From NCBI GenBank assembly GCA_019428815.1, contig JAHYJW010000002.1:11725-75724 (forward strand): 64,000 nucleotides of DNA, in the 5' to 3' direction. Position 1 is the first letter of the stretch, and each line of letters starts with the position of its first letter. A model generated the notes under the pieces. That model was given only the letters and a program-made list of their open reading frames with translations. It did not search any database and was not told the origin of the DNA. Below are positions 57,094 to 64,000 of this stretch, in pieces. The stretch comes from Patescibacteria group bacterium (GTDB taxonomy: Archaea > Nanobdellota > Nanobdellia > Pacearchaeales > GW2011-AR1). The translations under genes were made by a program, and so were the position numbers.

Positions 57094-57424
57094 TCTATCA
57101 AACAAAAATTTACATAATATCTAAACTTAACTTTAAGTAGATATTCTAAGTCTTCTAAATCTACTCCAATATCATAAAGAAAGTTCATTTCTTCGTTTAT
57201 GTTTTTGGGTATTCTTTCTAAAAAAAAGTTTTGATTCATTTTCTAGTAGGTTATCTCAAATTTGAAGATTTTTGTTGATTATGTGCCCCCAAAATTAAAA
57301 TTTAGGGGCTTTGGAAAAGAGGTTTTATTTGTAAATATCTTATACAACCTGAATGATAAGTATACTAAAAAAAGGGTTTATATATCGCTTATGAAAACCC
57401 TCTAAAGAACCAGGATATAGAGAA

Positions 57425-58204
57425 TTGTTCCATAATCTTTTTAAAGAAAAAGCTTTATCTTTTTTGATGGCGTTTCTTGCTCCCGAGTGGTTTTTAGGAA
57501 AGGATATTATGATGGGAATTTTTGTCTTAATTGTTTTAATTGTATTTTTTGTTTTAGCTTTTAAAGGATACCGCTTAAGCAAGAATAAAAGTTTATTAAA
57601 TTTAGGAATTGGCTTTGGTTTAATAGCCCTCGCACAAATTGCAAATCTTCTAACAAAATTTGTTATTTATTATGACACCCCTCTGATTTCCTCTATTGGA
57701 ACAATGATTATCCAATCAGGAGTTGTAAATTCAGTAAGTATCCTTTATGGGTTAAGTTTCTTTTTTCATAGATTTCTTTCTTTACTTGGTTTTTATCTTA
57801 TTTACAGACTCCCAAAAGAAAAGAAAGGGTATGGAGGAGATTTTGCTTTAGTAATTTTCTTTATTCTAATCTCTGCTTTCATAAGTAAGGAACAGTCGTA
57901 TATTTTTAACTTAACAGCACTATTTCTCTTAGTTTTAATTTCTATTAATTATTATGACTTATACAAAAAGAATAAATTTTTTAATACGAAAATTTTATTT
58001 ATGGGATTCATGATGCTAACCCTAACAAATTTGATTATGGTCTTTGGAAATTTTGATTTTATGTTCATTACCGGAAGTTTTTTAGAATTAATAAGTTATA
58101 CAGTCTTCTTAGGCCTTATCATTAAAATACTAAAAAATGGAAAGGAAACGAGGAAGAATGGAAATAATCTCAGATATGTTAACAATCGCTCAAGGAAAAA
58201 ATAA
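57425..58204 (+). CDS. hypothetical 7-TM membrane protein (likely start ATG 57470)
   Basis: About 7 hydrophobic helices. No family recognised. It overlaps the downstream wHTH gene. Confidence 0.5.
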   Translation: MFHNLFKEKALSFLMAFLAPEWFLGKDIMMGIFVLIVLIVFFVLAFKGYRLSKNKSLLNLGIGFGLIALAQIANLLTKFVIYYDTPLISSIGTMIIQSGVVNSVSILYGLSFFFHRFLSLLGFYLIYRLPKEKKGYGGDFALVIFFILISAFISKEQSYIFNLTALFLLVLISINYYDLYKKNKFFNTKILFMGFMMLTLTNLIMVFGNFDFMFITGSFLELISYTVFLGLIIKILKNGKETRKNGNNLRYVNNRSRKK

Positions 58205-58409
58205 GGGCATTAAACCAACACATCTAATGTACAAGGCAAATTTATCACATAATCAAATGAAAATTTACCTCGAAGAGCTAATTGAAAAAAGCCTCATAAA
58301 AAAAGAAGGGGATAAAGCAGGTTTTCGGATATTTATTACTAAACAAGGCCAAGAATTCTTAGAGAAATATTCTCAGATTAGGGAACTTGAAAGAACATTT
58401 GGTCTTTAA
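58137..58409 (+). CDS. small winged-helix DNA-binding protein (HTH_45/DUF4364-like); likely start ATG 58158
   Basis: [50 protein letters not shown]... is a typical archaeal wHTH. Confidence 0.55.
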   Translation: MERKRGRMEIISDMLTIAQGKNKGIKPTHLMYKANLSHNQMKIYLEELIEKSLIKKEGDKAGFRIFITKQGQEFLEKYSQIRELERTFGL

Positions 58410-58567
58410 TCTTAAAGAAAATAGGATATCTCAAGTTTTAGGGATTAGATAACTGAAACAAAATTCTTAAAAAAATTAATGTAAATGAATTTTTAACAGT
58501 ATTGCAATAGAAATTTAAAAAAACAATCAGATAAAACTTAATAAATCCCTCTTTCTTTTTATATTAT

Positions 58568-58843
58568 ATGAAGAAATCAGTAAGACTTTATATTGAAGGT
58601 ATTGTGCAAGGATTATTTTTTAGGTCGTTTATCAAAGAAAATGCTGAAAGGTATAATGTAAAGGGGTTTGTGAGAAATCTAGAAGATGGACGTGTAGAGG
58701 TTTTTTTAGAAGGGGGAATAGATGATGTAAACAAAATGATAGAACTTTCAAAAAAAGGCCCAAAACATTCTCAAGTAAAAAAAGTTCAATTAAAGCCTGA
58801 AAGATTTCAAGATTTTAAAAGTTTCAAGATACTTCATATTTAA
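58568..58843 (+). CDS. acyP: acylphosphatase
   Basis: VRLYIEGIVQGLFFRSFIKENAERYNVKGFVRNLEDGRVEVFLEG is the acylphosphatase signature (V.G.VQGV.FR ... G.V.N...G.V). Confidence 0.85.
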   Translation: MKKSVRLYIEGIVQGLFFRSFIKENAERYNVKGFVRNLEDGRVEVFLEGGIDDVNKMIELSKKGPKHSQVKKVQLKPERFQDFKSFKILHI

Positions 58844-58928
58844 AATTATTAAAATTATCAAAAAATAAAATAAAGGAAATAAAGGAAATTTTTCTTACTG
58901 TATGAAACATTAAAAAAAGAGAGATAAC

Positions 58929-59528
58929 ATGGATAATTTAGATATTATGAAGAGAGAAAAGGTTTTAGAAATTCTAAAAAAATATAATTCTCAAGATTCA
59001 GATTTTATTCATTTTTTAGAAAGCGAAGCGGTTATGAGAGAATTAGCCAAAAAAATAGAACTAAAGGACGAAGAAGTCAATTATTGGGCAATTATAGGAT
59101 TAATTCATGATATTGATTGGGGCCTTACAAAGAATGATGTTCAAACTCATTTAAAAAAAGCTCCTGAAATCTTAAAAAAAGAAGGTTTTTCAGAAGAATT
59201 TATTGAGACTGTGATTAGTCATGGTTATGGTTGTGAGGAAATCCCCCATCTAAGAGATAAAAAAAGAACAAAAAGAATTGAACATGCTTTAGCTGCTTCT
59301 GAAACAATCACTGGTTTAATTCATGCATATGCTTTAATGCGTGGTAAAAAAATAGAAGATATGGACTATAAAGGTTTGAAAAAAAAATTTAAAGATAAAT
59401 CTTTTGCAGCAAAGGTTAATCGTGAGATCATAAAAGAATGTGAAAAGGTTGGTTTAAGCTTAGATGATTTTTTTAAAATCTCAATAGAAGGTATCAAAAA
59501 AATAAAAAACCAGGTAGGTCTAGAGTAA
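58929..59528 (+). CDS. HD-domain metal-dependent phosphohydrolase
   Basis: H...IIGLIHDIDW (the HD motif), then ...SHGYG... and ...EHALAASE.... About 200 aa. Confidence 0.7.
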   Translation: MDNLDIMKREKVLEILKKYNSQDSDFIHFLESEAVMRELAKKIELKDEEVNYWAIIGLIHDIDWGLTKNDVQTHLKKAPEILKKEGFSEEFIETVISHGYGCEEIPHLRDKKRTKRIEHALAASETITGLIHAYALMRGKKIEDMDYKGLKKKFKDKSFAAKVNREIIKECEKVGLSLDDFFKISIEGIKKIKNQVGLE

Positions 59529-59559
59529 AAAATAAAAAGATTAAATTCTTTAAAAAAAT

Positions 59560-59745
59560 ATGGGCTTAATAGTAAAAAACAATATAAGAAAAGTTGTAAA
59601 AGAATTAGATAAGGGTGAATCAATTTCCAGCGTAGCAGATGAAGTTGGTTTAGCTTTAGAAAGAAAAGTTGAAGGAATTCTCGTAGAAGCAATAAGAAGA
59701 GCAAGAGCTAATGGAAGGAGAACTCTTCAAGCAAGAGATTTATAA
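59560..59745 (+). CDS. DUF1931 histone-fold-like small protein
   Basis: LIVKNNIRKVVKELDKGESISSVADEVGLALERKVEGILVEAIRRARANGRRTLQARDL matches the DUF1931 pattern (…V.ea...A.anGRkTv.a.Dl). Confidence 0.65.
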   Translation: MGLIVKNNIRKVVKELDKGESISSVADEVGLALERKVEGILVEAIRRARANGRRTLQARDL

Positions 59746-59790
59746 TTATTAAAAAGAAATTAAAAATAATTAAAAGGAGGTTTTATTAAA

Positions 59791-59952
59791 ATGACAAAGC
59801 CAAAATTTCCAGTTTTGGCAGTAATTCTTTTAATATTTGCTTTAACTTGGTTTTTTAGTGATATAGGGTATCTCCATATGAATATTCCCTGGATACCAAT
59901 TATCCTTGGGATAATCGCAGTTGGAATGATATTTAATAGATTTAGAGAATAA
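59791..59952 (+). CDS. small 2-TM membrane protein (53 aa, below the track cutoff)
   Basis: A strong SD (aaaaggagg) lies 10 nt upstream of the ATG. Translation: MTKPKFPVLAVILLIFALTWFFSDIGYLHMNIPWIPIILGIIAVGMIFNRFRE*. I prefer this to the antisense track ORF 59760..59984. Confidence 0.45.
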   Translation: MTKPKFPVLAVILLIFALTWFFSDIGYLHMNIPWIPIILGIIAVGMIFNRFRE

Positions 59953-60013
59953 AAGAACAAAAAATTGAGAAATTCGAAGTTCAAAGTCCAAAGTGAATTT
60001 AGGATCTTAGGGC

Positions 60014-61276
60014 CTAATCTTCTAAGAAATATTCACAAGAGTTATAATAACTAGCGTTTCCACCGTAAGTACACTCTAATTCTTCATTAATAAAAATACA
60101 ATTTGCCTCCCCAGACCAGTCAGCATCATAAAAGGCATCTGAGATTTCTGGTAAATCATCTAGATCAAAATAACAAAAAGTTTCCATTCCCCAAAGTAAC
60201 ATAGAATAATTATTTGCTACTTCTATTTGTTCTTCAATCTCAAGAGCGGTATTTCCTAAAGATAAAAGGGCTTCCATAAGCCAGTTAGAAAAATAGATAG
60301 TTTGATTCGTTAGTTTAGAATAGTAAATACAAGTATCGTCTGATTCGTTAATCCCTATTATCTCTAGATTGGATATACTAGTTGTAACAATTCCTAAAAT
60401 TTCAAATACTGTAAACTGAGTTAATTTTGCAGGTTCACAGTTTTCTAAAGCTTCGGCAAAACAATGTTGAGGTGATAAGTTTAAATTTTGGCTATCACCA
60501 CTTGTTTCCATAAAAATTAAAAAAGATGTTCCGCAGTCCAAAATATCTAAAGTACAAATTCTCACTTCTGAAGGTTTGTTTAGCGTAGTTCCACATTGAT
60601 TTAAGTCTGTACAATTTCTTGTTTGAGTCTCATTCCCCGAACACGTACTCCAAGCAGTGCAGCTCCAGTTTTCAGCACAAGAAAGAGGATCACATTCCTG
60701 AGTTATCGGAGGTTTACTTAATATTGTCCCACATTGATTTAAGTCTGTACAATTTCTTGTTTGAGTTCCACCTTGAGAACAATTAGACCAAATGGTACAG
60801 CTCCAGTTTTCAGTACAAATAGCCTCATTAATCTTTTTGATATAAACTTCTAAGGTCCCTTCTTCTATCCTTATCAGTTTAATTTTTAGATTATAAGTTC
60901 CCGCGCCATTTAAATTAAACTTTTTTTCTTGTCCTTCTTCTAGGATAAAATCAATAGGATCACTCTCCAAGGTTAAACTTGCGGAATTATTGTTTGTGGA
61001 AATAACTCTAAGGGTATGAGTAACGTCTTCTAAAATGAATCTTACACTTTTACCTTCTCTTAAATTAATATTTTTCCCAGACATTATTTCTAATTCAGGA
61101 ATTGTTGTTTGGAAAAATCCTAAAATAAAGAGAACTAAAAAAATGATTCCTATAAAAAATACTACCGCGAGGATAATCAAAAAAGTATTCAGCCCAGATT
61201 TTTTGGGAGGATTAGTCCCTGAAGGAAAATATAAAACCTTTTTCTTTTCTTGAGTGTTAGAATTGTATTTATTCAT
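60014..61276 (-). CDS. membrane-anchored surface protein with two thrombospondin-type-1-like W/C repeats
   Basis: N-terminal TM anchor and a beta-sandwich domain. Then CTENWSCTIWSNCSQGGTQTRNCTDLNQCGT and CAENWSCTAWSTCSGNETQTRNCTDLNQCGT, followed by a Cys-rich C-terminal domain. Confidence 0.6.
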   Translation of the reverse strand: MNKYNSNTQEKKKVLYFPSGTNPPKKSGLNTFLIILAVVFFIGIIFLVLFILGFFQTTIPELEIMSGKNINLREGKSVRFILEDVTHTLRVISTNNNSASLTLESDPIDFILEEGQEKKFNLNGAGTYNLKIKLIRIEEGTLEVYIKKINEAICTENWSCTIWSNCSQGGTQTRNCTDLNQCGTILSKPPITQECDPLSCAENWSCTAWSTCSGNETQTRNCTDLNQCGTTLNKPSEVRICTLDILDCGTSFLIFMETSGDSQNLNLSPQHCFAEALENCEPAKLTQFTVFEILGIVTTSISNLEIIGINESDDTCIYYSKLTNQTIYFSNWLMEALLSLGNTALEIEEQIEVANNYSMLLWGMETFCYFDLDDLPEISDAFYDADWSGEANCIFINEELECTYGGNASYYNSCEYFLED

Positions 61277-61420
61277 CTATACTCAAAGTGGTTATATCTT
61301 ATAAAAGTTATTAATTTCCTTATTATCTGAATTTCTTTTATTTTCTTTTTAAATAAATGCTTTTTTAATTTTTCTTGGTTAGGTTTTCCTGGTTAGGTTT
61401 TTATAGTTTAAGAAATTGTA

Positions 61421-61873
61421 GTGGTTATGGAATACTCCCAAAAAATTCAAGATAAAAAAAAATCTGAGAAAAATTCACTTCAAGGAAAGAAGAATAGGGC
61501 AGCAGGGTCAAGGTTTGAATTAAAGGTTAGGAATGAGTTAGAATCTAAGGGGTGGATTATTGATAAATGGACAAACAACATTGATTTAGAGACAGGGAAA
61601 TTAGTCAAAGCTAAAAGAAAGTTTAATCCCTACTTAAAAGTTCTAGGAATTGGTACAGGATTTCCAGATTTTATTGGAATAAAAAAAGTTTCTAATGGAT
61701 ATGATGTTATGGGAGTAGAAGTTAAGATAAATGGTTGGCTTGATAAAACAGAAAAAGAAAAATGTTGGTGGTTATTAAAAAACAAAATCTTTTCTAAGGT
61801 TCTTATTGCAAAAAAAGGGAAAAAACCTGGACAAATTGAATATGTTGATTTCATAGAAAAGTATGAAAAATAA
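61421..61873 (+). CDS. PD-(D/E)XK nuclease, Holliday-junction-resolvase (Hjc)-like
   Basis: GSRFELKVRNELESKGWII ... GFPDFIGI ... VMGVEVKING reproduces the Hjc order G..xE(R)....L...G / D / E-x-K, with an insertion between the motifs. Confidence 0.5.
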   Translation: MVMEYSQKIQDKKKSEKNSLQGKKNRAAGSRFELKVRNELESKGWIIDKWTNNIDLETGKLVKAKRKFNPYLKVLGIGTGFPDFIGIKKVSNGYDVMGVEVKINGWLDKTEKEKCWWLLKNKIFSKVLIAKKGKKPGQIEYVDFIEKYEK

Positions 61874-62036
61874 AGAAAAATAAAATTTTTGAGAGAAAAG
61901 ATAAATATCACGCTCTTTTTCATCCCCAAAAAGTATAAAAAGAGTTAAAATTTTTGAAAGATTGAGAATTAAGGGTATTCATAACCAACATTTACGGCGG
62001 TTATGAGATTTTTTCCGTTTAAACCCTAAAGAAAAA

Positions 62037-62513
62037 ATGAGTGAAGATAAAAACCTGGAAACAAGAATTAAAGCAATTATTATTCTAGAGGTTATTGGAA
62101 AGCCTCCTGAACATCTTGTTGAGACCTTAGAAAAATTAGCAGAAGGAATCGGAAATGAAAAGGGGGTTTTTGTTATTTCAAAAAAGATAAATAAATCTGT
62201 TTTATTAAAAGATCAAAAGGATTTTTATTCAAATTTTGCAGAAATCGAGCTTGAAGTTAATGAGTTATTACAACTTTTATTTTTGATGTTTAAGTATATG
62301 CCTGCACATGTAGAAATTGTTTCACCAGAAACAATTAAAACTTCTAATAATGATTTTGGAGAAGTTTTGAATGAACTTTTAAGAAGACTCCATGTTTATG
62401 ATGAAATAGCAAGAATCATGCAATTAGAGAATAAGAAATTAATGGATAAATTAAAAGTAATTGAAGAAAAAGAAGGTGATGAATCACCAAAAGATGAGAA
62501 GAAAAAAGATTAA
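62037..62513 (+). CDS. hypothetical protein
   Basis: 158-aa ORF with a C-terminal coiled coil. No motif recognised. Confidence 0.45.
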   Translation: MSEDKNLETRIKAIIILEVIGKPPEHLVETLEKLAEGIGNEKGVFVISKKINKSVLLKDQKDFYSNFAEIELEVNELLQLLFLMFKYMPAHVEIVSPETIKTSNNDFGEVLNELLRRLHVYDEIARIMQLENKKLMDKLKVIEEKEGDESPKDEKKKD

Positions 62514-63961
62514 GGCAAAAAATCATCCCTTTTTCTATTTATCCTATTTTTTTGTTCAAAATCCATTTTATTATCCCCATAATTATTACGTGGCTTAAAT
62601 TCTGAATGGCTCCTCTTTTTACCTTTAGCAATATCTAATAAATCAACCTTAGGCCTTATTCTTTTATGTTTAAGAAAAAATAAAACGAGAACAACAATTA
62701 TCACAACAATGATAATCCAACCAATAATTTTCCCGGTAGCAGGTTTTTCAGGGAGGGGTTCACAATTTCCTAAACAGCAATAAACCATCTCATTATCTTC
62801 ATCCATTGCAAGATTAGTTGAGATAGAACACATTTCCCCACTAGGACAAACTTTTCCCCCTTCTAAATCCCTACAATAAGGAAGAGAGTTCTCTCTTGGA
62901 CTAGGTTCAGAAGAATTTGGGTTCTCTATTATTTCTAAATTAATAAAAAGAGGCGTTGTAAAATTCTCACTAATTGCAAATAAGTGCCCACTTATCCTTA
63001 TCTCTTCTTCGCCAGAAGTAAAGTTTATTTCAATTTGTTCTGTAGAGTTTTCTTCTAAGACACTTATAAATTCAGGAGAGACATTCAAATAAGATTCCAT
63101 ATTCTGGGAAGTTACTAAAGAAATATTCTCTGTCCTTAAACCTTGATTAAGAATATAAAATATTTTTGTTAAGTTTGAATTAGTATACATGGAAAGATTT
63201 ATCCCCGAGGGGGTAATCTTAAAATTAGAATCATTCGTTTCAGGGCCGTCTACTTCTATGGGATTTGTCTGATTATTTATTAATTCTGGATAAAAAAATA
63301 CTGGAAGTTGATATTCTGTACTTTCTGAAGTAATCTGAATGTATTCTAAAGTTTGAGAAGTTAAATTAGAATCTAGATTTATTTCAAAATTAATCACCTT
63401 AGTTTGACCAGAAATTAAATCAAAAGAATTTTCTTGCGTAATAAAAGAATCTGGGGGAGTTAATTCTATTGTTCTTCTCACATTTTTAAAATTTGTAATC
63501 TCAAAAGAGAAATTTCCATTTGTTAAAACAACTCCAGGGTTAACGAAAAAATCTGTTGAATTTTCTGTAATCGTAAAATTTTTTATGATTCTTTCTTCAC
63601 TTATTTGAATTCCATTCCAATAACTGACTCCATCTACAACTAAAGAATAATTTCCAGCTGGTTTTCCCAAAAGTAATGCGTAAACATAAAAGTCTGTCCC
63701 AATTTTTACAACATCATAATTCATAGGGATACCACTAATATGACCTCTGTAGAATATAATGTTCTCTTTTGTTATCTGTTCAATAAAATTTCCAGAGATC
63801 ACTGCAATTAGATTTTCTCCTTGGTCAAATTGGATATCTTGTTCAATGATTGCAAAACCTGTAAGAGTAGGTTTAGGGGTATAAAATAAAACAAACATTA
63901 AAACTATCGCTATAATTAAAATCACTAACTTACCAGACAATTTTAATTTCCTCTTTTTCAT
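62510..63961 (-). CDS. large sequon-rich surface protein with a Cys-rich stalk, a TM and a cytoplasmic tail
   Basis: A signal anchor is followed by beta-rich repeats with at least 13 N-x-S/T sequons. Then come CRDLEGGKVCPSGEMC...YCCLGNC, the TM IIGWIIIVVIIVVLVLFF and a basic tail. Confidence 0.55.
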   Translation of the reverse strand: MKKRKLKLSGKLVILIIAIVLMFVLFYTPKPTLTGFAIIEQDIQFDQGENLIAVISGNFIEQITKENIIFYRGHISGIPMNYDVVKIGTDFYVYALLLGKPAGNYSLVVDGVSYWNGIQISEERIIKNFTITENSTDFFVNPGVVLTNGNFSFEITNFKNVRRTIELTPPDSFITQENSFDLISGQTKVINFEINLDSNLTSQTLEYIQITSESTEYQLPVFFYPELINNQTNPIEVDGPETNDSNFKITPSGINLSMYTNSNLTKIFYILNQGLRTENISLVTSQNMESYLNVSPEFISVLEENSTEQIEINFTSGEEEIRISGHLFAISENFTTPLFINLEIIENPNSSEPSPRENSLPYCRDLEGGKVCPSGEMCSISTNLAMDEDNEMVYCCLGNCEPLPEKPATGKIIGWIIIVVIIVVLVLFFLKHKRIRPKVDLLDIAKGKKRSHSEFKPRNNYGDNKMDFEQKNRINRKRDDFLP

Positions 63962-64000
63962 GTTTATTAAAGAAAAAAGGAGTTAATAAATTTTAATGTT

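Noticed and set aside
59760-59984. The minus-strand 74-aa track ORF.
   Set aside because: A plus-strand 53-aa ORF (59791..59952) with a strong GGAGG Shine-Dalgarno and two clean TM helices occupies the same space. The minus-strand frame is its antisense.
60591-60830. The two 138-nt repeat units as a diversity-generating retroelement TR/VR pair.
   Set aside because: The variable middle segment differs by all substitution types, not only at adenines. Both copies lie inside one CDS. No reverse transcriptase is present in the window.

Overview
The window is a visibly AT-rich chromosomal segment. I read it as archaeal, most likely from a small-genome DPANN-type lineage (Woese-/Pace-/Nanoarchaeota-like). 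Archaeal markers: a group II thermosome, Kae1, Cbf5, TrmY, Dph5, archaeal Ogg2, ribosomal proteins S10, S19e, L39e, L31e, L24e, S28e and L7Ae, two TrmB regulators, and two tRNAs with introns at the canonical 37/38 position. Tyr also has the archaeal C1-G72 pair. Ordinary content: IleRS, SerRS, five tRNAs (Val, Gly, Ser, Asp, Tyr), a Kef-type antiporter, a P-type ATPase and a MacB-like ABC exporter. There are also many short membrane proteins and several large Cys-rich, sequon-rich surface proteins with terminal membrane anchors. I found no rRNA, CRISPR array, transposase or integrase.

Items worth a second look:
1. A compact thiol-reductant relay locus: TrxR, a Grx-like redoxin, an exported-Trx::CcdA-like fusion and a membrane-tethered wHTH with a CxC motif. 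A divergent exported Trx lies next to it, with a paralog 38 kb away.
2. An exact 42-nt copy of the tRNA-Val 3' half. Together with the intact gene it brackets a 1.3 kb islet carrying a GNAT and a RelE/ParE toxin-antitoxin pair.
3. A co-directional patatin / OMP-like beta-rich secreted protein / Ig-like adhesin cluster.
4. A bacterial-type GroES-GroEL 6.6 kb from the thermosome.
5. Thrombospondin-type-1-like W/C repeats in a surface protein.
6. Lysine-rich H1-like tails, several perfect tandem duplications, and palindromes in promoter regions.

All functional calls come from motif recognition by eye. No database searches were run.
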